From positions 96,720,001 to 96,784,000 of the forward strand of contig OZ336871.1 in NCBI GenBank assembly GCA_965287045.1: a stretch of DNA of 64,000 bases, in the 5' to 3' direction. Below, one piece after another: positions 37,779-50,289 of this stretch. The notes beneath the pieces were generated by a model. It was not told where the DNA came from, did no database searches, and was given only the letters and a program-made list of their open reading frames with translations. Each line of letters opens with the position of its first letter. The stretch's first letter is position 1. The position numbers and the translations under genes are program-made. The stretch comes from Carcharhinus amblyrhynchos. Lineage: Eukaryota.

Positions 37779-38078
37779 GGAAGAATTTTATGTTTGCCGG
37801 GTGGGTGCGTGCCCAACCTGGAAACAGGGTGAACAGTGTATGAGGACGTCGGACACATGGCCTGACATCATTGCACTCTCACGTGATATTTCAGATTGGG
37901 GACACAGATGCGAATCAGCAGCATGCCCGTCAACAATAATACTGCTTATTGAGGGGATTAAATCCCCACGTGACCAGCACAATATCGCGATTGTCAATTG
38001 ATCTCAGGCGGGATAGGGAATTGTGGCAGCTTCTGCTTCTGCATGCTAATTGTGCACATTGTACTTGAAATTCTGCCC
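37779..38078. mobile_element. Harbinger-type MITE
   Basis: TIR ggaagaatttt ... aaattctgccc. Confidence 0.55.
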
Positions 38079-38105
38079 CAGATGTTCAGTTAAGTAAACA
38101 CAAGA

Positions 38106-38231
38106 GGGGGAGTTTTGCTGTGCTGCTCACCATGGAAATCGTGGCAGGCAGGGGGGCAGAGTCTGCAAGTTCCCTTGACCTCGGGCAGGAGTTTTTGGTT
38201 TTGGAGTGAGTGTGGCAGGAAAATCCTGCCC
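38106..38231. mobile_element. Short Harbinger-like MITE
   Basis: Colinear with 10600-10740; ends ggaaaatcctgccc. Confidence 0.65.
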
Positions 38232-38442
38232 AATGAACATATATATACACAATGAATTTATTGTCCTGAAAATGGTGGACAGAGTTTTACAGCCCATCTC
38301 ACCAGTGGGGTATTGCTGTCCCACTGAAGTCAATTAACTTTTGAATGGCTCACAACATTTTTGGCCCCGCCCACACCATGAAAGAGTTGCAAAATTCTAC
38401 CCATAATGAAACAAATTCACGGTAGCTTTCTGGATGTATAAG

Positions 38443-38792
38443 CAGCATGGTGGCACAGTAGTGAGCACTGCTGCCTCTCAATGCCAGGGACCCATGTTCG
38501 ATTCTGACCTTGGGTCTGAGTCGAATTTTTTACATTCTCCCTGTGTCTGCGTGTTTTCCTCTGGGTGTTCTGGTTTCCTCTCAAAGATGTGCAGCTTAGA
38601 TGGACTGGCCATGCTAAATCACCTCTTAGTGTCCCAAAATGTGTAGGTTTAGGGGAATTAGCAAGGTAACTGCATGGGGTTACAGAGATAGGGTGAGGGA
38701 CGGGCCTGATAAGATGCTCTGTCGCAGAGTCAGTGTGGACTCGATGGGCTGAATGTTCTCCTTCTGCACTGTAGAGATCTATCCATTCTATG
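38443..38792 (+). mobile_element. HE1 SINE, full length
   Basis: tRNA-like head, central domain, tail ctcgatgggctgaatg..ccttctgcactgtag..ttctatg. Confidence 0.87.
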
Positions 38793-39267
38793 ACCAGTGT
38801 CCACTTGATCAGCACAAATCTATCCACTAATTCATGCAAAACACTTCCTGGGTGGCAGGGACTGATATATTGGCTTCTACTGTTTTCCGTTTGTATGTTC
38901 AATAAAATGGCTTCTTACTGTAATGCTCCAGGGCAAAGTAAAAGCCAAACTCATCTATAACTCCCCTGACATTTCCACAGCATTTTAAAATTATAAATAA
39001 AAGTTTCCCAGTAATTAAAATTCCACAGCTCAGTATAATAGACGGCCTTAGCTGATGTTCAAAATTAATTATTCTTCTCAGTGGGCAATTTTCGTTGCCT
39101 CAGCCAAGTTGCCGGTGGGAGGACTTCATGAACCGAGGGGAGAAGACTTCCATGGAGAATTGTCTTTACTTTGCTAAGTTTCCTGCCTCCTGTCACATAA
39201 TTAAGAACCATCAATTAATAAACAGATGGTCAGGTTTATCTGAATTTACAAATACCAGCTTAAGTTG

Positions 39268-39420
39268 CTTTGATTTGATTTATTATTGTCACATGTATTA
39301 GAATGCAGTGAAAAGTATTGTTTCTTGCACACTATACAGACAAAGCATACCTTACATAGAGAAGGAGGGAGTGTAGAATGTAGTGTTACAGTCATTGCAA
39401 GGGTCTGAACAAAGATCAAT
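39268..39420 (-). mobile_element. Rex1/Babar 3' tail
   Basis: Close match to 4238-4395 (tttgatttgatttattattgtcacatg...cagacaaagcatac). Confidence 0.8.
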
Positions 39421-39805
39421 GTGGATTTGGGTGCTGGGATGTTGGATTTTTTAAAAAATTATTTTATGATCAAAAAGGTAAGTCTATCTATCCAACCTTT
39501 TGCCAGATAATCACAAATCTGCTTGAGTTTAAAAAAAATGTAGATGTTGACAATATAGAAAACTACTCAAATAATATTGCTTTGTAATTGAGAATCATGA
39601 TTCAAACCTCAATCATTATATCATCAAACAATATTCTGCCCTATTGCTTGACCTTTAGCTCATAGTCCCAAACAGAATTGTCTCCTGCAAGTTCAAAACA
39701 GTTTTAACCAACAATGTAAAATTCCACAAGGAGAGATTTGTAAGGAAATTTTCTTGCTAACTCTCATATTTTGTCACATCGTCATAACTCTATCAACACA
39801 GAGGA

Positions 39806-40137
39806 GAGGCGATGGCCTAGTAATATTATAATCCAGCAACTCAGCTAATGTTCTGGGGACCGGGTTCAAATGTCATCACAGCAGATGGGGAAATTTGAAT
39901 TCCATAAATATCTGGAATTAAGAATCTACCGGTGACCAATAACCATTGTCGATTGTTGGAAAAGCCAATCTGGTTCATTAATGTCCTTTAGGGAAGGAAA
40001 TCTGCCATCTTTACCATGTGACTCCAGAGCCACAGCAATGTAGTTGACGCTCAACTGCCCTCCAAGGTCAACTAGGGATGGTCAATAAATGCTGGCTAGC
40101 CAGCGAAACCCACGTCCCACAGATGAATGAAAAATAA
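39806..40137 (+). mobile_element. tRNA-derived SINE with tail of the second CR1 lineage
   Basis: A box tggcctagt, B box ggttcaaat; ends ctagggatggtcaataaatgctggctagccagcg..cccacgtccca, matching 41630-41694. Confidence 0.8.
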
Positions 40138-40852
40138 CATACTTCCGAAATATCATTTATCTTCTAAATTATTTTGAAACATGACTTACATCGCCACTCA
40201 TGTATCACAAAAGGCTTATGTCATTGAGTGTGGGATGGGAGTGTGGCTGCAATCTGAAATGACTTCAAATAGTCTTTCCAATATTTTGTAATACAGGCTG
40301 TTAGCTACAATTTGGCAGAGTATCATTCCATGCCTTATGCTAACTATTGCAAAGTTCTATTGGAAAGATACACCAGTTATCAGACTTCTACAGGCTGCAA
40401 TATAGGGCATTTTTTTAGCATTCTCTCATGTAAAAATATCCAATATTGCAAAGTCTTCTATCTCTTCATTTCCATTCCTATGATTTCAACCAGCTGATCT
40501 GAACTTACACAAAACACATAAAGCAGAACACACAGTATTACAAGGAGTTCCAGGCAGCTGTGCAAAACAAATCCTCTTTTCTGGAAATGCATTCATGCCC
40601 CAAAACTAGTTTTTTTTCCTCCATAACTTGAGCCCTGGCCAAGTCTGGAATCCACTGTCGGTGCCCACATACCTCCTTATAAAGGCCAGTACCTCTTTAA
40701 CAAAACCAATGCATGTCATCCACAGATTGAGTCCTCTTTCAATATGAGTGGGACATGCAGGCACTGGGAGACTCCTATCGCCAGGACTATCCTTAGTCAT
40801 TATTTCCCTTTTATGGAACGAAAGTAGATTCTGCCCTTTACAAATTTATCAG

Positions 40853-41694
40853 GACTCCTCAGATACTGAAGCAGTCAGTGTCCAAATGCAGCAAGACCTG
40901 AACAATATCAAAGCTTGGGCTAATGAGTGGCAAATAACATTCACGCTGTACAAGTGCCAGACAATGACCATCTTCAACAAGAAAGAATCTGTTGCCCCTT
41001 GACATTCAGTGTCATTACCATCGCTGAATTCCCTATTATCTACATCCTGGGGTTTATCATTACCAGAAACTGAACTGGACTAGCCATATAGTTACTGTGG
41101 CCACACGAGCAGGTCAGAGGCTAGGAATCCTGATCTCCCCAAAGCCTGTCTGCCATCTACAAGGCACAAATCAGGGGTGTGATGAAATATTCTCCACTTG
41201 CCTGGATGAGTGCAACTTCAACGACACTCATGAAGTTCAACATCATCCAGGACAAAGCTGTCTGATTGATTGGCACCCCATCTACAAATATTTACTCTCC
41301 CCACCACTGACGAAAAGTAGCAGTCATGTGTACCATCTATAAGGTTCACTGCAGGAACTCACCAAGGCTCCTTAGGCAGCACCTTGCAAACCCGTGACCA
41401 CTACCACCGAGAAAGACAAGGACAGCAGACACATGGGAACACCACCACCTGGAAGTTTGCCTCCAGGTCACTCACCATCCTGACTTGGAAATATATTGCT
41501 GTTCCTTCACTGTCACTTAGTCAAAATCCTAGAGCTCCCTCCCTCCCTGATAGCACCTTGGGTGTACCTACACTACATGGACCGCAACAGTTTGGGATGG
41601 CAGCTCACCACCATTTTCTCAAGGGCAATTAGGGATGGGCAATAAATGTTGGTCTAGCCAGTGACACCCATATCCCATAAATTAATAAATAAAA
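40853..41694 (+). mobile_element. Second-lineage CR1-superfamily LINE 3' fragment
   Basis: MQQDLNNIKAWANEWQITF..KCQTM; ATRAGQRLGIL; tail tagggatgggcaataaatgttggtctagccagtg. Confidence 0.85.
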
Positions 41695-42397
41695 GTGAAA
41701 AATCTGGAAATGAGGAAGGCAATCTGTGTCTTCTCCCTTTTCCCATGGTGTCCACTAACCTGCTGCCAAAATTGTACTAAAACATGAACAGAAGTTCTGG
41801 AATCCAAAAACGAAAAGAACTGAATTTGTTCAGTGGCCTTGAGGCAATGCTTTCTGGGATCAGGTTTTGTTCAGGACTGTTTGTCAATTGTGCTTTTTTT
41901 TCTGGTTTGCTGTTCTGAATTTTATAGGTGGACATGTATGGTGTAGCATTGCACTCTGCTTACAGCACTGTTAACGACTGGTGGTAGCAAGAATGCTGTT
42001 GGTGGCAAAACCTCAGGAGTAATCAACAGCAGAGAAATAACAGCAAGCTGCAAAAACAAATACATGAGCTCTCATGCACAAAGTTTAGTTAATGAAGTCA
42101 AAAACAGTATCCAAAATTTAAACCTCCTTCAAACAAGTCCTATATATTAGACTTCTGGTTTGAATGTTTTGAAAGGGCCTCCAGTTCCCAATCTGGAGTT
42201 CAATGAGTGAGAGTTTGTGCTACAAAAATATTTGGGCAATTTGCCTGATGACCAAAAAGTTATAATTAGGCCAGCCCCTTTGTGGAATCGAAAGTTCAAT
42301 ATCAGACGTGACATTCCTGGTTCCATGAACTTTGTGCACTTGTAATGAGTGATTGATAGTCAGGTACAACATTGAAGATTTGGTTCTAGAGACTTTT

Positions 42398-43277
42398 TTC
42401 ACGGTTAGGGAGGGAATTCTGCTTAAACAGGAATGACAGGAAGCTGGACCGCTATCGAAACATAGAATGATACAACATAGAAGGAGGCCATTCAGCCCAT
42501 TATGCCTGCATTTTTTGCTTTGCTTGAGCTATGCAATGAATCCCAAAATCATGATCTAAAAATGTCAAGTCATAAAGTGAAATAGAACAGGCTGGAATTC
42601 TCCATGACAGAATGTGAAAGGAGGCTATGGATTCTGCAGTGGCTGATCGTAACAATTAATGTCCCATCCTGTGCACTTTGAACACCCAACTCGTGCTCAG
42701 CCTTGTTTGGCCGAGATGCTCCATCCACCTCAAATACTAGCCCTATAACAGCAGCTGGGCCAAAATTGGTGGTGGTGGTGGTGGGGGAGGGTGGTGTACA
42801 GCTGAAACTGTAAGTTTTGTGGGTGAAAAGCAGTCACTGTTATTCCAGATTTAGTGTACTGGCTGCCAGAAGAGCAGAAATATGAATCATCATGCAGGGA
42901 TTCCCAAGCTGAGATCATGGGCTAGAATCTCAAAGGAATGTTTCGCACATCTTTGATAGTACGAGCTTTTCACAAAGCCGCCAAGGCTCCTGAGAGATGT
43001 TCAAAGTAACATTCAACGAATAATTCAAAGAAAAAAATGGATGAATGCTTGAAGAGAAATAATTGGCAGACTTATGGGGTAAGGGCAAGGTGGGGTGGTG
43101 GAGTGGGTTTGGTGGCATGGCAGTGGAGTGAGCTATTCATTGAATAGTTCAACCAAAGATACAATACAGGCATAATGGGCTGAATGGCCTCCATCTATGC
43201 TGCATCATTCCACATTTCTATAATGGTCCAGCTTCCCATCATTCCTGTTTAAACAGAAATCTGTCCCTAACCGTGAA
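42398..43277. repeat. Inverted repeat pair (42398-42541 / 43135-43277)
   Basis: ttcacggttagggagggaattctgcttaaacaggaatgacaggaagctggacc... is mirrored by ...ggtccagcttcccatcattcctgtttaaacagaaatctgtccctaaccgtgaa. Confidence 0.85.
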
Positions 43278-43510
43278 TAGCTTGGTGGGCTCAGTGGCAG
43301 AAGCTTCCAGTGTAAGCACCAGCATTATGGACCCATGCAAATTCAAGCCTTGCTGGCAACCCAGTAGCTAATCTGTTTTACATCCTTATATGTTATAAGA
43401 TCCTGGGGGGACCTGGCTGGATGGATACCGGGAAGATATTTCACGGGGAAGAACAGAATTGGGGGACACAGGGAGAGATGTCCCTTTTAAGACTGGGTTG
43501 GGGAGGATTT

Positions 43511-43829
43511 GTAAAGGACAGTAGGACTAGGGGGCACAGCCTCAAGATAAAGGGGGGGCGGTTTAGAACGGAGTTGAGGAGGAACTTCTTCACTCAAAGG
43601 GTGGTGAATCTCTGGAATTCTCTGCTTGTTGAGGTGGTGGAGGCTGCCTCGCTAAATATTTTTAAGGCGCGGGTTGATGGGTTTTTGATAAGCGAGGGGA
43701 TTAAGGGTTATGGGGAGAGGGCGGGAATGTGGAACTGAGCCACGCCAGATCAGCCATGATCTTATTGAATGGCGGGGCAGGCTCGAAGGGCTAGATGGCC
43801 TACTCCTGCTCCTATTTCTTATGTTCTTA
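43511..43829 (+). mobile_element. Young CR1 3' end inserted in an older CR1 remnant (~43380-43925)
   Basis: Nearly identical to the reverse complement of 15522-15840 (KDSRTRGHSLKIKGGRFRTELRRNFFTQRVVNLWNSL). Confidence 0.92.
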
Positions 43830-43950
43830 GAGGATGGTTAGTGAGTGGAATTCTCTTCCCCGGCGAGTAGTGAACACTGGGTCATTGAATTCACTCAAGG
43901 CAGAGTTCAGACAGATTTTTGATTCTGTTTTGCTGGGTGTGAACCAGCAG

Positions 43951-44066
43951 TGATGCAGGGTCATCGAGACTCGAAACGTTGGCTCTATTCTCAGACCTGC
44001 TGAGATTTTCCAGCATTTTCTGTTTTTGTTTCAGATTCCAACATCTGCAGTATTTGGCTTTTATCT
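43951..44066 (+). mobile_element. Penelope-like 3' terminus (family B), hammerhead core mutated
   Basis: tgatgcagggtcatcgagactcgaaacgttggc...gacctgctgagattttccagcattttctg matches 50670-50790. Confidence 0.7.
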
Positions 44067-45274
44067 TAGCGCTTGTCCCATATTGTTTCTGGCCAGGTAT
44101 ACAATAAAAACAAAAATGAGCAGGGATGTAGCAAAGGATGCCCACCAGCTGTTGTCAACACCCCTTCACCCGAGTTATGCTGAACACGTGGTGAAGTAAC
44201 ACCAGAAAATCAAGACCAAGTGGACTTCCCTCAGGAGGAAGTGTCCTTGGCTCCAACAGATAGTTGCTGGCAATGGCAGAGTGAAACAAATGATAATAAC
44301 CAGACTTGTGTAATACCTGCAATATTCCGGGATAAAGAGCAGTCACCGACATGCTTTTCACACTGGAAACAGGGACAATATGGAGGGAAATTTCCAACCA
44401 GAATGAAGGAAACAAGGTCTCATTTGGATGGGAACTGAGCCAGAGGCAGTTGTGTCCACAATTCTTGGCTGCCACTCAGCATGCCGGGTGGTTATGCACA
44501 GAGGACGGTGCTCCATCCTATTATGAAGCTCCAGGCCCATACCACCCCATCAGGCCACATTGCAGCCAAGGGCTGTCGAGTGGAGGGATGACCATATTCA
44601 CAATATCAGTCTAGCAGACCAGCAGATGTGGCCTCTCTGATTTAAAACATTTGCAGCATCACTTTGATTCATTTCCCTACCTAGATTGGCAGTGCCTAGC
44701 TCTAATGGCGGGGCTGCTAAACTCTCAGTGGTAGGTTGCCTCCCATTGGTCCTCAAATCTTGGAATTTCATCATAACTGGACTTAACTGGCCACCAACTG
44801 AAGAATCAGGCTCCGGGTCCTGGCGCCAACACGTTTGGGTTCTCCATTAACATTTCCCCCCAACAGTGAGATTGGAAGCCACAAATGAAACTTCTGCCCA
44901 GAAAATCATAAGCATGACTTTTTATTTGCTTGCTTAAATAGAAGAAGAAATTACATTATATGGGCCCAAATCTTCTGGTTTCAGATCATCACAGGTCAGA
45001 TAGACAACAGAAGAAATGTGCCAGGGCCCTGTGGAACTTAAGCATGGACTTAAGTGGAAATTGCCAAGGAAATTTGAGCTTCCAATGAGCAATTTCCTGT
45101 CTGTCTCTGACTCTGAGCTAAAGTTGGACATCTGGGAGGGACCTTACCTGGATGGTTACCTAGGAAACGTTAGACAGTTTGAAATCTGGTCTAACACCTG
45201 GGGAACTCTACAATTGATCCCCAGACATCCACTTTGATCACCCAATTACTCCCCTCTGGAACTGAATGACACCA

Positions 45275-45402
45275 TGTAGACTTGCTGGCATTGGACTAGG
45301 GTAAACACAGTAAGAAGTCTCACAATACCAGGTTAGAGTCCAACCAGTTTATTTGATAGTAATCCCGCAAGCTTTCGGAAATGGTGTCCCTTTGTCAGGT
45401 GT
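45275..45402 (-). mobile_element. Single-arm Penelope terminus (family A)
   Basis: ttggactagggtaaacacagtaagaagtctcacaataccaggttag...gctttcgga...gtcaggtg matches the left arm of 7491-7711. Confidence 0.75.
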
Positions 45403-45887
45403 GAACATTCCTTTTACTTTTTGCTTTTACTTACCCACACCACCCCCCCCCCCCCAACCCGCCAACTTCCTGGCTGACCCCACTAGACCAAAACTAGACT
45501 TAACTGGGTTAGGAGAATTTTGAAGCACAGCAGCAATGTGCGCAGCACTGTCACTTCTTGGTAGATTCAGGTCAATCACAGGACATCTCAAAGTGCTTGA
45601 CAGCCAATGAAGTCCTTCTAACATCTACTATAACAGAAAGAAACCCTTGTGCAGGTGTAGCTGTTTCATGGTCAGATGTATTCCGAAAAGTAACTGGATA
45701 GATTCTGCCGTAATGTGACTAGGATAAATCAAAACAACATTGTAGCAATGAGGCATTAAGGGGAATTTTCCCACCCGTTATGTTTAACATTGACGTCAGG
45801 TAGGAAAATGGGAAAGTGTTCCCTTTCCCAGGAAAGACAACCCTCAATATCACAAGATTCATTCTCATTTTCATACCTTACAGTTTA

Positions 45888-48592
45888 AGAGAACAAAGAA
45901 AATTACAGCACAAGAATAGGCCTTTTGGCCCTCCAAGCCTACATCGACCATGCTGCATTACACCGACTGAATTAAAACCCCCTACCCTTCCGGGGACCAT
46001 ATCCCTCTATTTCTATCCTATTCACGTATTTGTCTAGACATCCCTTAAAAGTCACTATCGTATCTGCTTCCGCTACCTCCCCTGGCAGCGAGTTCCAGGC
46101 ACCCATCACCCTCTGTATAAAAAACTTGCCTTGTATATCTCCTTCAAACCTTGCCCCTTGCACCTTAAACCTATGCCCCTAGTAATTGACTCTTCCACTC
46201 TGGGAAAAAGCTTCTGACAATCCACTCTGTCCATGCCCCTCATAATCTTGTAGACTTCTATCAGGTCACCCCTCAACCTTTGTTGTTCCAGTGACAACAA
46301 ACCAAGTTTCTCCAACCTCTCCTCATAGCTAATGCCCTCCATACCAGGCAACATCCTGGTCAATCCTTTTTGTACCCTCTCCAAAGCCTCCACATCTTTC
46401 TGGTAGTATGGCAACCAGAATTGAACACTACATTCCAAGTATAGCTAACTAAGTCGCTATAAAGCTGCAACATGACTTGCCAATTTTTAAACTCAATGCC
46501 CTGGCTGATGAAGGCAGGCATGCCCTACGCCTTCTTGACTACCTTCTCCACCTGCATTGCCACTTTCAGTGACCTGCGTACCTGTACACCCAAATCCCTC
46601 TGCCTATCAATACTCCTAAGGATTCTACCATTTACTGTATATTTCCTATCTGAATTAGATCTTCCAAAATGCATTACCTCACATTTGTCCAAATTAAATT
46701 CCATCTGTCATCTCTCCATCCAAGTCTCCAACCAAACTATATTCTGCTCTATCCTCTTATGGTCCTCATCACTATCCACAAATCCACCAATTTTTGTGTC
46801 ATCCACAAACTTACTAATCAAACCAGTTACATTTTCCTCCAAATCTTTTATATTTAATACAAATAGCAAAGATCCCAGCACTGATCCCTGAGGAACGCCA
46901 CTTGTCACAGCCCTCCATTCAGAAATACACCCTTCCACAGCTACCCTCTGTCTTCTACAAATGAGCCAGTTCTATATCCATCTTGCCAGCTCACCTCTGA
47001 TCCCATGCAACTTCACCTTCTGCACCAGCCTGATATAAGGGACCTTGTCAAAGGCCTTATTGAAGTCCATGTAGACAACATCCACTGCCCTATCTTCATC
47101 ATTTCCTCAAAAAGCTTGATCATGTTAGTGAGACACAACCTGCCCTTCACATATTGCCTCTTGCTAATAAGTCCACATTTCCAAGTGGCAGTAAATCTTG
47201 TCTCAAAGAATCCTCTCCAGTAATTTCCCTACAACTGATGTAAAAGGCCCAGTGGCCTGTAATTACCTGGATTATTCTTGCTACCCTTCTTAAACAATGG
47301 AAGAACATTGGCTATTCTCCAATCCTCTTGGATCACCCCATAGCCAACGAGAATACAAAGATTTCTCTCAAAACCCCAGCAATTTCCTCCCTTGCCTCTC
47401 TCAGTATTCTGGAGTATATCCCATCAGGCCCTGGGGACTTGTCTATCTTAATGTTTCTCAAAAACCCCAACACCTCCTTTTTAATCTCAACATGACTCAA
47501 ACTACCTACACATCCTTTCCCAGGCTCATCATCTCCTAAGTCCTTCTGTTTGATGAATATTGGAAGATCAGAGGTTGAATGCACTGACCACTGAAGTGTT
47601 CCCCAATAGGAAGGGAACACTCCTGCCTGGTGATTGTTGAGTGTTGCCCAGTCATTCATTGTCGTACTGTCTGCATGGTCTTGCCAATGTACCAGGCAAA
47701 GTACTCATTTAATACCTTGCCCATTTCCTCTGGCTTCACGCATCGATTCCCTCCCTGTCCTTGAGTGACCAACCCTCTCCCTAGCTACCCTCTTGCTCTT
47801 TATATATGTATTAAAAGTCTTGGGATTTTCCTTAATCCTGCTGGCCAATGATTTTTTGTGACCTCTTTTAGCCCTTCTTACTCCTTGCTCAAGTTACTTT
47901 CTACTTTCTTTGTATTCCACACTTGCTTCATGTGTTCCCAATCTCCTAGTCTTGACAAATGCTTCCTTTTTCTCTTTGACTAGGTTCACAATATCTCTCA
48001 TTATCCAAGGTTCCCAAAACTTGCCACACTTATCCTTCATCTTAATAGGAATGTGCCTGTCCTGAATCCCTATCAATTTACAATTCAAAGCCTCCCACGT
48101 GCCAGATGTTGATTTGCCCTGAACCATCTGCCCCAAATTTACATTCTTCAGTTGCTGCCTAATATGGCTGAAATTAGCCTTCCCCCAATTTTGCACCTTA
48201 ACTTGAGGATGACACTTCACTTTATTCATCAGTACTTGAGAGTTTATTGAATTGTGGTCACTGTTCTCAAACTGCTCCCCTACTGAATTGTCGACCTCCT
48301 GGCCAGGCTCATTTCCACAATACCAGATCCAGTATGGTCCCTTCCCTAGTTGGACTATCTACATACTGTCTCAAGAAGCCTACTTGGGTGCTCCTTACAG
48401 ACTCCGCCCCGTCCACAACCCTAGCACTAAGTGAGTCTCAGTCAATATCGGGGAAATTAAAATCTCCTACCACAACAATCCTGTTACTTTTACGCCTTTG
48501 CAAAATCTGTTTACATATCTGTTCCTCTATCTCTGCTGGCTGTTGGGCGGCCTATATTACAGCCCCAACATTATGACTACACCCTTCCTGCT
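45888..48592 (-). mobile_element. Long decayed CR1 ORF2 (end of endonuclease, RT, 3' UTR)
   Basis: IDKSPGPDGIYSRILRE, GVPQGSVLGSLLF..FVDDTK, VQFWLPYYQKD; multiple frameshifts. Confidence 0.92.
47560..47697 (-). mobile_element. Internal Penelope GIY-YIG endonuclease fragment inside the CR1
   Basis: Translates AWYIGKTMQTVRQ*MTGQHSTITRQECSLPIGEHFSG (YIG-x-T, R, H, EHF pattern). Confidence 0.75.
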
Positions 48593-48994
48593 TATCTATT
48601 CTGCTAGGTAGACCCCACAAAAAAACTACAACAAGTTTACTAAACATGATTTCCTTTTTGTAAGTCTATAATGACTCTGCATAGTTCTACCATTATTTTC
48701 TAAGTTTCTTGTTATTAAATCCTTAATTATAGCTTCTGGCATTTTCCCTACTACTGATGCTAACATGTCTGTAGTTCCCTGTTTTCTCTCTCCCTCCTTT
48801 CTTAAACAGTGAGGTTAAATCTGGCACCTTCCAGTTTGCAGGAGTTAAAACCGGTCTTTATGCTTCTAGATTTTCCTGAGGAACTATTCTGCTAAGTGAG
48901 CAGAATCATCCAAAGTCTCTGACTTTAAGCTGACAAACTTCTCAGGCAATTCCCGTGTGGTCCTTACATAGGGTCTATCCAAGAGGTCCCTCCC

Positions 48995-49232
48995 AATGTA
49001 CCTTTTGTGGAGTTTTCAAATTCTCCTCCTGTCTGCATGGGTTTCCCCCAGATGCTGCAGTTTCCTCCTACAGTCCAAAGATGTGTAGGTTAGATAGATT
49101 GGCCATGCTCAATTGCCCTTTAGTGTCAGGGGGAATTAGCAGGGTAAATAAGTAGGTTACGGGAATAGGGCCTGGGTTAGCTCGATAGGATGAATGGCCT
49201 CCTTCTGCACTGTAACATTCTACGATTCTATT
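48995..49232 (+). mobile_element. HE1 SINE, 5'-truncated
   Basis: tgtggagtttt...gtttcctcctacagtccaaagatgtg...aatggcctccttctgcactgta. Confidence 0.82.
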
Positions 49233-50289
49233 ATGCTATGTTTGTGTATATGCAGGTGCCTGTCCACCGCAGGAAAAATTAATTTTAGAATGAGAAAAGC
49301 CTGGGGTGGCAGACATTTGTTCCCTGGTGCATTCACCATGGCAAAGTCTTGATCAAAATCATACCTGATTTGCCAACGTTTTTCTCATACAGCATAAATT
49401 GTTTCCTTTGAAATGTGGTTTTCCTGTGACCATCCTGATGAGTGTGAGAAGAAAAGCTACAACATGTCCCCACTTTTCAACAACACTAAAGTTGACGAGA
49501 GGCTCTTAACAGCTATTTTAATCTTTAAAAGGCTTTCAATTGCTATTATGAGGTTATATAACCTTTAGTGTAATGCAAGTAAACATTAAAAAAAACACTT
49601 GAAATAAATGGTAAGGTATATTTTACATTGTAGACTTATAAAATAAATAACAATTTATAAATTTGAAACACTTTTGATCTCTTTTATATAATAAGAGTTT
49701 GGACAGCTGCTGATAATAGGACTTGGCAGCTCAAAATGTTTATACAGAGGATAATTAGTTCTTGGATTCATTCTAAAGGTGTGGGTTGCAACGGATGTTG
49801 ATTGTTCGGCAAGTTTGCTTGTTGTATAGAAAAAAAACGTTTCCCTTTGCAGCTTCCACAATAAATCACTTCCCATCCTGACTAAACAACTGCGACTGAA
49901 AGTTCAAGGCACCCTGGAGTAAATCTCTGGGCCATTTCATGGAATCTAGCCCAAGATCTCTGACAACAGGTTCAGTATCAGAGGAATATATGCAGGGTTC
50001 TAGGCAGTGTATGTCTGCCCTCCAGAAGTTTAAAGTTCCACCTAAATCCTGTGCATGTGCGTGTATTGGTACTTTCCCTGGGTCCTGATACTCAATAGTA
50101 GCAAACATCTTCATGTTCACTGTTGTTCTGATCAGAAAATCTGGGCCATAGATTAGATTGACACTCCAAAGTTCTCTCCCAAAGTCACTCTGACTTGTTA
50201 TCTACCTCATTGCCTTTGAAAACCTCCTAAAGAGATGTGTACAACTTTTATTATTGGTCTCCTGCCCTTAACTCTCCTCTTTGAAGTTC

